Shown here in pieces: positions 1 to 14,196 of a DNA stretch of 64,000 nt. Within the stretch, counting starts at the first letter, position 1. Every line of letters starts with the position of its first letter. The translations under genes and the position numbers were made by a program. Source of the stretch: the human T2T-CHM13v2.0 reference genome, Homo sapiens. The notes beneath the pieces were generated by a model. It saw nothing but the letters and a program-made list of their open reading frames with translations. It had not been told where the DNA came from and ran no database searches. The stretch lies in the NCBI RefSeq assembly GCF_009914755.1, contig NC_060932.1. One strand, given 5' to 3'.

Positions 1-921
1 CCAGAGGCTGAAGAAACTTGGAAGAAACAGCTGCCCGGCCTCAGGAAGAGGGCCCTTCTTTCTTGGTGGGTTGTCTGGGAAGAAAGCTAATGTTTTTGAT
101 TGTAGGCAAGCAGGGTACCAAAACTACATCCCTTGTCCCTTCCCTAGCACAAACAGAGAAACCTTGGAAAAGGAAGCCAGACACACAGCCAGTCTCCAAA
201 GTGGGGCACACCATCTCCAAATGGATTACATGACCCATTGAGCAGCCTTCACCGTGGATTATTTAGGCACTGTTAAGAGTCAGGGCTCTATAAATTGGAT
301 GTAAAATGCATGCGGGTTTCCTGTAGTTTATCAAGCTGGTAACTCCCTAAAACCAGAACACAGAGCAAGAATATGCCAAAGAGCTGAAGAAGGAGGAGAT
401 GAAAACTTTCTAAAGTTAACGCTGGATTCAGAACCCAAGATTTAGCACCCTGCTCACCCAGCCCACGGGTATTTAGGGGAGGGCCCACTTGACCTTGGCC
501 TCAAAGGCAGGAGATGTCGCCCCTGGTTATTTTTTATGGATTCATCATGCACAATTTACTTGTTTCCGCAGAGATTTATATTTTTAATCTGGACTGACTC
601 TTGCGCTCTCTAAATTTACTACCTTGGAAACAACAGTACTTCCTTTTGTTTATTCTACACTGTACTTCTTTCAAGCCGTGAAGAGTGTTCCTGAACTGGG
701 TGTTCTGGAAAAGCTCCCTCCGGCTATTCCCACTCATCAGTTTAGTAGGCTTTGGTCATATTTGCTTTGAGTTTCATCCATCCAGCCCACCTGTATTTAT
801 TGAGCACTTACTATGTGCCCTGAATTGGGCATCTCTGCCTCCACTACACTCAATTTTTTGGTTCTTTTGATTGTTCTTCACTCTTTTCTTTCTTCACTTA
901 CCCATCTAAATAATTTCACTG

Positions 922-1225
<304 letters not shown>

Positions 1226-1359
1226 TAGCTTCACTGACCTGCAAAAATTAAATAAGCATATCACCATTTTCTTTTCACAAAAGAGGGAACCAAGGTGCAG
1301 AGATATTTCATTCTCAAGAACTACTGCAAGGCTGCAGTCTCATCTGAAGGAGATGAGTG

Positions 1360-1515
1360 TTGAAGTTTGCAGACTTGGGTTCAAATTCTGGCTCTACTGC
1401 TTACCAGCCAGGTGACCTTGGGTATGTTGAGGAACTGCCCTGAGCCTTAATCTCCTCATCTGTAGAATGGACGTCATATCACTTCTCTCAAAAGATTCTG
1501 AAGAATTAAATAAGA
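1360..1515 (+). mobile_element. MIR SINE fragment
   Basis: TGGGTTCAAATTCTGGCTCTAC...GTGACCTTGGG...CTGAGCCT...CTCATCTGTAGAATGG matches the MIR core. Confidence 0.8.
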
Positions 1516-4500
1516 AAAAAAAAAAAAAGAATTAAATAAGAAAACACTTGCATGTGACATAGGAGCAGTTCTTCATATGAATCCAGGCCACTTGTTTGCA
1601 GAAACATGGCCCTTCCACTACAAGAAGGCATAAGACTACAGAGGCAGGACAGGGACAGGAAGGCAAGAGTTAGATTCATTGATTTCCTGACATCCTGCAC
1701 ATTATGAGAAGGAAACAAAATTAACCAAATGCCAAGCACAGCTTTCCCCTAAAGTGGGAGTGTCAGCATCCTCTCTCTCCCTGGCCAACATCTTCCTTCA
1801 GAGGGATGTCATGCAGAGAACAAGGAACCAGAGTCACGAACGGGCCGGGCCCTTGTTTCAAGTCATAAGTTAATGCCACCTTTGGCTGGTTGCCATTTTG
1901 TGAAATTGTAGGAAGATGTGTCAGTCTTTCAGTGTTTGATCGCTCTCTAACCTAAGAAAGAATTTCCCTCTAGACCTGGACATGAATGTGAAGGCTGGGG
2001 GCATATTTGGTACCCAACTGAGAATAGAACTCTTGCTAAGCAAGAAAGACTCAAAGCCCTTGAGAAAGATTCATGGCGAGGACTGTGCAGAGGAAACCGA
2101 CTGTTTAAGGACACCTTCCAGGTCTGTGTGGGTCCAGGGCAGGAGCCGCAGAGGGGCAGACCCCCAAGGTGATCAGAGCACTTGATTGTGGCAAGGAAGG
2201 GCATGTGGTCCCTTCTGTGCCCCATAGGTGAGATCAGTAGTGACCAACCTGGGGCCCACACTTGTTCTCTGCAGGCTTGCTAGCAGATGGCTTGTGCTGT
2301 GTCCTCCCCTCAGTGTCATCCTTTTAACAAGAATCACAGAATTGAAGCTTTCAAGGGTCTCCGGGTAGCAGGTGGTGGAGGCTCCGCTAAGGCTCTGGGA
2401 GGTGTACTGGAGTTGAAGTGAGAGGCATCACCCTGGGAGGGTCTCTCCCATCCTTGCTCCTCCCCTGTCCAGTGAGGGACTAGATCAGCACTTCCCTCAA
2501 AGTCTGCTGCCTGGACCATCAATTTCAAATGACCAAGGTCCATGGTAACGGTGTGGATTCCTGGCCCATGCAAGCTGACTGGGTGATTCTACTAACTTTG
2601 AGAACCCCAGACACAATAATCAGTAACTCTCTTCCAGACCTAATAACACAGAACTGCGTGACCACACACAGACAAAAACACCTCCAGCACCTCACCTTGT
2701 CACCTTTGGAAAGACTGGGCCCTGAGTATCAGAGTCTGATCAGAACACCACCCCTACCACCTTCATTTCTTTAGCCTAAAGCTCCGGCCTTCATTGAAAT
2801 AAAATCTCATGCAGTAAATTGTTATCAGTCGTTTATACCCCCAGGAGCCTGAGCTTCAAATAATTTGCTGAGGACAGATGTGAGCCCAGAGAAAAACCAG
2901 GAGGGTAGGGTGGGGAGATGGGCAGGAGAGGGGAAAGTGTAGGGGAGAGGGTCCAGGGACCTAGAAATTTCTGAGATAAATATTGCCCCATTCACAATTT
3001 CAACTATGGCTGGTGCCGAATAAGAACGAATCTTCCCAAACAGGCACATACCTAGTGGTTCTCGCCCATCCTACTTCGGGAGTTTGTTCCTGACCTTGCT
3101 ACTTGTTTGAAGCTTAGCACATCCTGACCGAAGCCTTAGACCCTGCTTCCAACAGAATTTGAACTGGAAACTAGTGTTTGCCCAAGGCTTTCCTGCTGAA
3201 AAATAATATTTGTGGAAGGACAGAGCTGGCTCAGAAGTTCTGAGCAGATCCAGAAGCTTCTCTTTCACAGTCTGTGTCTGTGTAACCGGCCACTCCTCAT
3301 CCACAACTCCATTCATCTCTCATGTTTTGGCACTTCTGGGGGACATTCTGGCCCCTTCAGACCCTCAAAAGGGAACCAGGAAAGAGTATACAGGGCTTTT
3401 TTTTGCAGGGCTATGAATACCCTCACTCAGAAAGGGTCAGGGCAGGTACCAAGCTGTCTTATCCAGAATTTGGTGCTGTTTTTGCTTGCTCTTTGAAGCT
3501 ACTTAGGCTTCCCTTTGCACTCCTGTGACTCTTTAGAAGAGTCCAATTCCTCCTTATTTATTTATTTCATGCTGACTTCTAAGCTCCCCGACACCCAGTG
3601 AGTCCCCTCTTCCCCCAGACACATCCCCGTCCCATCCTCCCTTCTCACTGTGCCTGCATGTAAGGGCTCACTCAGCCCTTTCTCAGATCTGCTGGAGGTG
3701 CTCTGCTCCTTTAAGGGGCTCCTCACAGCAGGACGTGGGACCACAGCCTACAGGACCGGCCAGCCATTCTGACAGGTGAGAGCCTGGATCCCTGCTCTCC
3801 AGAACCTCAAGAAGCTCAGAGCCTGAACGTGCTGACACAAGGGGCTCCCTCTCTCACAAGGACACTCTGTGCCAGATGCATTGTGCAGAGTACCTCCACC
3901 ATGACCAGGTGATTTAGGCATCCTTGTGCTTTCTGCAGATAAGGCGAGGGGGACTCTTGGAGGTGACCTAGCTTGCCCAATGTCCCGCCCAGGCACATGG
4001 AGAGCTGTGATTCTAAGTCAATGTCTCCAACCCAAAGCCCAGTGCCCTTCACATCTGATAGGGACAAGACAGCAATACCAGGAGGGACCTGCAGGTGGAG
4101 TGGTGACATGATGGAAGCAGTAGCTTCTGGAAGAGCTTCTGGAATCCATGTGTGAGATGGACTGGGAGGAAGATGAGTAAAGATCGGCCACAACGGGGAG
4201 GCGGTGAGAAGCATCAAAATGATTAGGTGACTTCGTGGATGTAAATCCTTTTCCAGGGCAAAGCTAAAAACAACTCTTTGTGACAGGAAGGGGTTAACTC
4301 TCTCAAGAGAGCTCAATGACTACCCAGTCTCAGAGCCCCTGCTGTGCTCAGGCAGAAAATGGGCAGGAGTAGCCCAAGGAATACTTTATTGATGCGTTGA
4401 TCGGCCTCACATGAAACTGCAGTTTGTGGAGGGCAGCAAGCAGCCCAGACTGTGATAGTTGAAGCAGGTTAGAGCTGCATAACCCTAAACAGCAGAGTTT

Positions 4501-4899
4501 TATCAGTCCTTCAGCTCCTGTGCCCTCCCAGCTCCAGACATCCACCAGCAGGCTCTAACCTCAGGATTTCCCATGGTGCACAGAAGACTTGTCCTGATTT
4601 GGGATAATGGAGACAGTGTGACCATGGTGGTAGTCGGGAGTGGGAACTGTTCCCTGAACCCAGCCTGAAGCAATTTTAAAGGGCAGGGCCACCCGGGGCC
4701 CAGGGTCTGCAGCTAGTTAAAAAAATAATCTCTGATGAGGTCTCAAGGTTTGGCTCTTTTTCTCTCCACTGATTTCTCCCAGACAGACCAGATGGATTTG
4801 GTTCCAGGTCAGCGTGTTCTCTTACCCTTCAGCTCAGCAGCCATCCATTTCTCCTGTCTACCTCTCCTAACTATCTGCAGTAATAAAATCCTACCTTGA

Positions 4900-5045
4900 A
4901 CAGTGCATTCTGATTTGCAAAGCTCCCTCAATGCACGATCTCATTTGGTCTTCTTAACAATACTAAGGTAGAGGTATTTTTTCCCATTTTACGGATGAAA
5001 ACCTGAAGCTCAGAAGCTATCACTTGCCCAAGGCCATAAAAACTG
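4900..5045 (-). mobile_element. MIR SINE fragment
   Basis: CCCATTTTACGGATGAAAACCTGAAGCTCAGA...CACTTGCCCAAGGCCA is the reverse-complement MIR core. Confidence 0.75.
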
Positions 5046-5047
5046 AG

Positions 5048-5349
5048 CCCAGGCACGACACAGTGGTGCCTGTAATCCCAGCACTTTGGGAGGCCAAGGT
5101 GGGCAGATCATCTGAGGTCAGGAGTTCGAGACCAGCCTGACCAACATGGTGAAACCCCATCTCTACTAAAAATACAAAAATTAGCCAGGTGTGGTGGCAC
5201 ATGCCTGTAGTCCCAGCTACTCTTGGGAGGCTGAGGCAGGAGAATCGCTTGACCCCAGGAGCCAAAGGTTTCAGAGCCAAGATTGCGCCATTGCACCCCA
5301 GCCTGGTCAATGAGAACAAAACTCCATCTCAAAAAAAAAAAAAAAAAAA
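5048..5349 (+). mobile_element. Alu SINE, AluS-like, full length
   Basis: Both arms plus poly(A); AAAAACTGAGCCCA on both sides (TSD). Confidence 0.95.
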
Positions 5350-6169
5350 CTGAGCCCATAACTTTCCTCCAGATAAGCTCTTCCTCCAATTTCCTCCATA
5401 CTAATGATCGAATCCACCAACTACCCAATGATTCATGCCAGAAGCCTGAGAGACAGACACCTTTGACACTGCATCTTCTCTGAACTTCCTCTCAGCAGTT
5501 ACCAAATCCCATCATTTTTAATCTCCTAAATAAGTCTCTCCATCTCCACACTAGACTGTCGCCTCCCTCACTGTGATGTCTCCCCAGAGCCAACAAGGCA
5601 GCCTCTTCTCTGGTCATCCAACACTACTCTTGCCATATTTGTGCCATTCTCACAGCATGCTGAGTGTTGTTTCAGAACTGAAACCTGCTCATTTCATTCC
5701 TTAAGTTAAAACTCATACGAGGTCCCCATTATTTCTAGAAGAAGAAGAAGAGAGGGAGGAGGAGGGGGAAGAAGAAAATGCTTAACATGACTCCCAAGCC
5801 CTTTATGGTCAATCCCTGTCTACGTCTTTATCTTTACCTTCATCACACCTAATTCTTCCCACCATCCCCCTGAGCTCCAGTCACATTAGCCTTTCTTTAG
5901 CTCTTCAAATGTGCTAAACAGTTCCTGCCGCAGGATCTCGTACCTGCTATTCCCTCTGCCTGGAATATTTCAATCCAACCTCGTTTTGCTTAGTTAAATT
6001 CTTACTCAGGGTCTCAACTTCAACGTTATTTCTTCAGAAAAACCTTCTTTTATCTCCCCAAAAAGGTTGCGTTACTCAGTTCTGTACTCTCATATCTCTT
6101 CATATTTCTCCTTCATGACAGGTGTCACAATTGTAATTAATTATTTGTGTGATTGTAACAATTGACTGT

Positions 6170-6650
6170 GGGCACAAAAATACTGCATAACAAACTGCTT
6201 CAAAATCCAGTGACTTGAAACCATATTCCCAGGTTCTCATGGGCTGCAGGTCAGCTGGGCATGACAGGTCTAGTTCAGGCTCAGATGGTGGCTTCATTTC
6301 AGGATGCAGTGGCGGGGTGGCCACTCTGCTTCTCATTGAGGTTGGTGAGCCACTGGGACCAGCCTCTGCTCCACACGTCTCTCACTCTCTTCAGCCCAAC
6401 TGACTTCAGTGGGTTCTTCTCGTGGTGATGGTAGGGGCAGAAGAGGGCAAACAGACGTGTGTGAAGCCTAGGCTTGGAATAGGCACAAGGTCATGTCTGC
6501 ACCATTCCACTGGCTAAAACCAAAGTCAGAGGGTAGGAAAAAATATGCCTCATTCCTTTAGTAGGACAAATTCTAAAGTCACATGGCAAAGAATAAGGAC
6601 AGAGAAGGGATGTGAAATATTAGGGCAAAGAATGCAATCTACCCCAGTAC
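6170..6650 (-). mobile_element. Old MaLR LTR (MLT1 family)
   Basis: CTGCATAACAAACTGCTTCAAAATCCAGTGACTTGAAAC and CATTCCACTGGCTAAAAC resemble reverse MLT1 termini/internal motifs. Confidence 0.6.
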
Positions 6651-6704
6651 TTATTGAACTGCATTGAACTCCGTTTTTTCATTTAAATGGTAAAATCTAT
6701 GAAT

Positions 6705-7248
6705 ACATAGTTTTCTAAACTGCATAACAAATTACCACAAATTTAGTGACCTGAATAACAGGTGTTTATTATCTCACAGTTTCTATGAGTCAGGAATTCA
6801 ATCATGGCTTAGCTGGATTTTTTGTTCACAATCTCATAATGCTGCAATCAGGGTGTTGACTGGACTGTGTTCTCATCTGAAGGTGTGACTGGGGAGAAAT
6901 CCACTTGGAAGCTCCCTTAGGTTGTTGGCAGAATTCATCATGTTGCTGCAGGACTGAGGGTCCTGTCTTCTTGCTGGTCATTGGCTCAGGGCTGCTCTCA
7001 TCTCATTACCACATAACCCTTTCGGTGGACTGTTCACCACATGGCTGTTTGCTTCTTCAAGGCCACCAAGAGAGCCAGATCAAGTCTTCCCAGAGTAACC
7101 ACAGGAGTGATATCCCATCACCTCTCCCGTATTCTTAAAACTAAAAGCAATTCAGGGATCCCACCTATATTCATGCAACTGGTACTATATAGGTTGTAAC
7201 AACAGGGAGTGGAGATCATGGGGACCACCTTAGAATTCTGCCTACACA
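6705..7248 (-). mobile_element. MaLR LTR (MLT1E/F-like)
   Basis: TGCATAACAAATTACCACAAATTTAGTG...ATCTCACAGTTTCTATG at one end; GGGACCACCTTAGAATTCTGCCTACACA (reverse of MLT1 5' end) at the other. Confidence 0.8.
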
Positions 7249-7547
7249 CTGTGATGATAGAAAGAGATGGACTTCATCTGTCCTGGTATTTCAATATTTC
7301 TATGCTTCACACAATACCACAAAGATAGTTTGTGTTCAGTAAATATTAGTTGAAGGGATTAATGAATGAAAAAACACAAATGATGATAGTGGAATAGGAC
7401 TTAGGTCTAGGTCTTTCAACTCTGACTCTAAAATTCTCCCATTATCCCAGCTGCCTTCTCAGCCCACTTTTCTGCTCGGTCCCTCCCTCTCACATCACGT
7501 CTTCATTCCCAGTGCTTCCTAAGTTTTAACTCCACCACATTGTCTTA

Positions 7548-7549
<2 letters not shown>

Positions 7550-7593
<44 letters not shown>

Positions 7594-7875
7594 AGACAGA
7601 GTCTTGCTCTGTCACCCAGGCTGGAGTGCAGTGACATGATCTCAGCTCACTGCAACCTCTGCCTCCCCAGGTTCAAGCAATTATCCTGCCTCAGCCTCTC
7701 AAGTAGCTGGGATTACAGGTGCCTGCCACCACACCTGGCTAATTTTTGTATTTTTAGTAGAGATAGGGTCTCACCATGTTGACCAGGCTGGTCTGGAACT
7801 CCTGACCTCAGGTGATCTACCCACCTCAGCCTCCCAAAGTGCTGGGATTACAGGCATGAGCCACTGCGCCCAGCC
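7550..7875 (-). mobile_element. Alu SINE, AluS-like, with 43-nt poly(A) tail (T-run on + strand)
   Basis: T-run 7550-7592 then reverse Alu; flanks CCACATTGTCTTA / CCACACTGTCTTA (TSD). Confidence 0.95.
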
Positions 7876-8534
7876 CCACACTGTCTTACTTTATCTATCA
7901 TTCTCTTCCTCTGTTTCATTCATGCCACCACTATTCCTCTCCTGCTGTTTTCTCCTCACTTCCAGGCCCACTCCCCACACTTCCTTAGACTTTATATGAT
8001 TCCCAGAGCACCAAACTCTTTTAAAGACAATGGGAGAAAGAACAAGATACCTTCCCTACCAGCATAGAGCAAGCACTCCAATAATATGTTTAAATGAGTG
8101 AATGATTGAAAGAATGAATGGAAAATATATTTCCAGAAAGAGAAAGACATCTTATTGTCTTGGATGTGTCTGCCTTTTGATGGACCTGAAGGTGGAAATG
8201 CCAAATATGAGCAGGGAGACCTGGAAGGGATCTCTGGTGACCTAATGGAATAGGAAAGTCATCTGTTTCATTTAAACTTTGGGGACTGTGTGTCTGTCTG
8301 TCTATCTGTTGGGACAAAGACTTAGATAGAATAATAGGAGTTTAACTCACACATATTTGAAAATACAGAGCTCTAGTCCTCTGAGTCTCTTAATTTTACA
8401 TTCTAATTTATGTTCAGTGTTTTGCACAAAATGTGGATGTCACACTCAAAAACGATGCACTTTTCCACCCCCCACTTCCACATACCACATGCCCTTTCCT
8501 GACACCCTCCCAAGAGAACAACAAGACAATCCAC

Positions 8535-9335
<801 letters not shown>

Positions 9336-10269
9336 GTGACCTTCTGAGCTTGCGTCGAGTCAGGGTGTGGAATGCATGAAATGTATAAGGTGAACGGCTG
9401 GCTTTGTGAGTCACATCCCAGGTCAAGGACTCAGCATGGTGGGCAGGTCATCACCATCACAAATCTGGCCCTGTCCAGTCTGTTTGTACTGCCATCAAGG
9501 CACACAAAAATCAGAGGTTCCAACCACTGGGTTGGGCTAAGCACACTGGGAACATGGGTGAAGTTTACTGGGGGCCAACCTGCTGGATCTCCTATCATCA
9601 GCTTTTCTCTGCATATGCAAACTAAAGCTTTATGAAGGAAAAGAGTTCTGGAAGACAGAAAAGCCCTGAGGATCTAAAGAAATAATATCTAGGCATAGAA
9701 TCGTCACCATAGCACACACGTGGACAGAGAGCAAGCTTGGGGAAGAGGTGTCTTCCTCCAGGTCGTGGTCTCCAGCTCGTCCCCTGAGACTGTGGTTTGA
9801 GCCACAGAGGAATACACTCAACCTTACAGCTGGAAGGACCTGGCCCTAATAAAAATATGCCAGTGGCTTGTAGAAGAAAGAACTTTCCCCAGGCTGCAGT
9901 TATCAGAAAGATTGATGTTTTCCATACCCTGGAAGGTGATTTAACTGAGCTTCTGATCAAACACACGACAATCTGGAGTCCTCAACTGATTCGAAATGAA
10001 ACTCTATTTCCTGTCTTTGGCATCATTTCCTTCCGGTCAACATTTGTTCCACCATTTCCAGGTTGAAGATTATTCTCTTTAGTGGAAAAGACATGGTAAC
10101 TAGGATTTGATGGGCTCTGTGTTCTCTGAGTCAGAAGGTAGAATAGAAAGAGTTATTATACTCACAACAGTTGACATAGGTTCTGGTCCCACTTCATCAA
10201 TAACTTATCAGTGCTTTTAAACATATCTGGGTGTCTTTCCCTCTTCTGCAAAATGAGACCTTTAGATTG

Positions 10270-10760
10270 TGTGCTGATTAAGGTTTATAGGCTAAGGTGT
10301 TGTAACAAAGACATGCCAAAGTACAGTGGCTTAAATAAGAAGTTTATGCCTCTTTTTCACCAAACCTAAAATTATTAGGTTGGTGCAAAAGTAATTGCGG
10401 GTTTTGCCATTAAAAGTGGTTCAGGGATGGTGGGTTAGCTCTACTCAAAAAGGTCCAGGGAGCCAGGCTAGGGGGTCAACATGTGACTTTTGCTTCTGGA
10501 TCCAAGGCAGCAGCAATGGGGAAGGAAGGCCCAGGACTTTCCTCTTTAACTAGAATTGCACACATCATTCTGCTCATGCTCATATCCCACTGGCCGGTGT
10601 CATTGCCACATTGCCACCTAGCTGTGAAAAAGGCTGGGAAATTCAGTTTGTAATTGAGCGGTCATGTATCCAGCTAAAGCTGGGAATGGGGCAAGGGGGA
10701 AGAGAGCTTTATTAGTCAACAAGAAAAGAGAATAATAAATAGGGGGAATGACTCTACCAC
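10270..10760 (-). mobile_element. Old MaLR LTR (MLT1J/K-like)
   Basis: TGTAACAAAGAC...CAGTGGCTTAAATAAG; CATATCCCACTGGCC...GTCA...CTAGCTGTGAAAAAGGCTGGGAAAT motifs. Confidence 0.55.
10375..10417. mobile_element. MADE1 (Hsmar1 mariner MITE) half element
   Basis: TTAGGTTGGTGCAAAAGTAATTGCGGGTTTTGCCATTAAAAGT matches the Hsmar1/MADE1 terminal inverted repeat, preceded by TA. Confidence 0.9.
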
Positions 10761-12937
10761 TGACAACATGATCTTGAAAGTTCTTTTGGCTCTTAAGACA
10801 AAAAGAGGCTAGGTTCTTCAGCGATTACACAATCTTTCCCCGGCATTGGCTTTATTCTGTTGTCATTTCCTTACTCCAAATAGTCCATTTTGTTGTTTGA
10901 CACATTTCACAATCCACAGCTCATTGTGGCCCTGAGTCTCCCTGACCTCATCCATGTGGACTGGCCTTAGCTTCCATCTTTTGGGGGATCACTCTTAAAA
11001 TCTGAACTCATCAGCGGGTTTTACAGGCAGTTATGTTGTTTCTTAGATGCCTTCCCTTAGTCTCTTCCTTGCTACTATTCCTGGTTATTAGTTGAATCTT
11101 GGAATCTCCTGGGTTATTTTCAGGTTTTTTTCTCCCAGTAATCTTTCTGAAAGAGGAGACATGTAGGTGGCATTTATCTGGTAATGCCCAGATAAATTTC
11201 CCTGAGGTTCCCGTACCATATAGTGCCCAGCCCTGGTGGACAGAACCAAGCCTGGGGGAGGAGCCCCCTATATCATTTACCACTCCTTTCAGAAGCTGAA
11301 AGAGATTAGGGCAAGTCAGTATCCACAAGGCTTGATTTTCAGTAGACAAGCTATTGTCCCATTACTGCTTCCTCAGTCTAGAGTGAAATTTCGACAACAG
11401 TATTTCACCTGAAAATGACCATGGCAAGCTCTTCATGTCCCAGTTTTCTTGCTGATGTTTCTCCCTGTTGACCATGCCCTCTGTGCACTCTTTAGCATGG
11501 TCCAGACTCCTTTGGCCAATACATCAGCCAGCACTGACAATGCCCTTGACTATTGTTCTGCAATGCACTGTCCTGACCCTTCAGCGACCTTCTCCTATTC
11601 CTTATTCTGGATTCTGGTTCCTCATGAAGGCTCTCATTGTCTAAAGAACAGGAACCTCGCCTGGATGGAAGAAGAGAGAAAACAAAGTGTGCAGAGCTAA
11701 GGGAAGAGGGAGGGAGCCAAGGAGAAGACTGAAAAAGAGCAGAGCTTGGCAGGAGCTCGTTCCCCAGGGGCCATGGCTGACAAATTCCCTGAGCCGCAAG
11801 CAATGGTAGCCAAGGAAGTGGGTACAGCCAGCTGGCTACGCAGCTCTAGAAAGCCAGAAACTCCGGACTGGTGGGTCCTCAAGAGTGCACTTTGGGGTGC
11901 AGAAAAGTAAAATGAGATTCCATCAGCAAGACCTAATGAGAAGGCCACAGCCTCTGGTGAGCAGATGGAGCAGAGAGAAGGAGGAGCCCTGACGTTCATC
12001 TCCAGGGTGTGGGTGAAGAGCACAGCCAGCCCCAGGGGCACAGAGCAGGTCAGAACCACAGGACCCCCTGTGCACAGCTTGGCAAACTGCCTTTTGGTGG
12101 AGAGGGGGCTGGAGAGACCCGGCCAGCCTTGTGGACTTCACAGAGGTAGCTGTTGGTGTAAATCTTTGCCCTGCAACATTTGTTCCTGACCATCCATGTT
12201 TTCCAGGTGGGGTAAGGAGGAGATCAGAGCAAAAACAGAAAAGGAGTTCCAAAGGGGGTCTTCTTTTTCTCTGTATCAGAGGCTCAAAATGAGTAATAAC
12301 CATGGGTGGACTGAATCTAAAATTACCCTGGTTTGAGTTTTGTTCAGTCCAAGAGGAAATGATTGTAACACTTTCCATCAGGACATAGAATTGAAATTAC
12401 TGCTCCCTCTTTCAAATTTCAAACCACCCACAGAATCGGTTCCAGGTTTAGCAGGGGAAGGAGAGAGGCAGGACAGCAATAATCTGGATCTAATGCAGGT
12501 TTTATCTTCGCAGAAAGAATAAACTTTTCTCTTACAGTGCCTTTCATTTAAAGTGGTCTTAAGATCTGATGAGAATCCAGGTCATCATAGAACCTCTTCT
12601 GTACTCAAGAAAAAGGAGAGGCAGGAATCTCACCATCCTCCAGCTGACATGTGAGGACCCAGCTGCAAATTGCCCAGAAGGACTGGGGCATGGGGAGAAA
12701 GGCTTGGTGACAAGAAGAACATTTAGAAGCACAGTTCTCAGAGGGGCTACCTTCCCAGGCTCTGCCCCTCAGACTTTCAGAGTTAGGCAAGTTCCGTTTT
12801 CCAATATTATAGAACCTTAAAATTTTCTCACTGATTCCAGGGCTCCTCAACACCCTGGAGAAGCCCCATGACACAAATCTGTGTCTTTGGGGATCAGAGA
12901 TATTACCAGGTTTCCCAGAAGTCAAGATGGATCTCAA

Positions 12938-13218
<281 letters not shown>

Positions 13219-14196
13219 AAGATGGATCTCAAGACATACAAGCAAATTCCACAATGAGCTTTCCTGCCTATACCCCCGCCTCTACCACAAACATTTTACA
13301 GGTGAAGCCAGACTAAAATTTAGTTTTAAATTGGCTGCCTTAAAGAAGAAACACTTTCCAAACGGAAAGTCCAACTATGTTATGTTTGGGGGAATCACAG
13401 ATGAAGACGAGAAGTGGTCTTCCACGTGTGTGTCATGGGACGACAGCCGGGGAGGGGTTATGGGCTGACTGGATGTGAATTTTAAGCCTTTGGAGGAACT
13501 TGTAAACAGTATGAATTTAGTCCATAACTCTTGGGCACAAGAAACAACCCATTTCTTTGTTTCTCTAAATGAGCTTAAACCTGGCTCAGCCTCTTAAGTC
13601 ACTTTTAATTCCTTTCAGGTCATAAAAAACATCCTGGGGTTTACGCAATCCAGGAAACTTGGGGAAGGGCCGCCTTTCTTCAGTGCCTTGTACTCATTAC
13701 TTTGATGCTCAATGGGAAGACTCTGCGGCTTCAAATATCCTTCTTCCAAGCCAGGAAGGGAGGTAGTGTTCCTGTTCAAGCCACAGACATCTCCACACTC
13801 ATCCTACCCAAGGTCCTGCAACCTCCAGCCCACTGTAGGGAGGCAGAGTACACGCAGGTCTCCACTCACAAAGAGCCTGGCACCACTTCAGCCTCCTGTG
13901 CAGGCATCTCACTCTTTCTCAGGATGGACCTCCCTTCTCCTTCAACCTGAAAGTCCTCCAGCTCTTGGATAAACCAGCTCCTCCCCAAAACAAGCCTATA
14001 CTTGTTTCTCCCCTGGGGCGAGGGAAGTCCAGCTCTCGGAACACAGAGCCCTGGCTGTCCTTGAGAGGAGGTGAGAAATGCTGCTCATTCCTTCAGAAGG
14101 CTTAAAGCTTGGAAAACAAGAGAGAATGAATTCCTTAGTCAGGCTCTACTGTATGAGGGAGCCCACTCAGCCAACCCTCACCCCCACCAGTGATTT

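Larger units (their letters stand above)
5450..7370 (+). mobile_element. L2 LINE 3' region, interrupted by two MaLR LTRs
   Basis: TGCTATTCCCTCTGCCTGGAAT L2 motif near 5950; L2-type terminus TCAGTAAATATTAGTTGAA...AATGAATGAA near 7340-7370. Confidence 0.6.

Noticed and set aside
3748-4316. 166-aa and neighbouring ORFs in unique sequence
   Set aside because: Overlapping ORFs on both strands with no recognisable homology or consistent exon structure; the 166-aa ORF starts at TTG, not ATG
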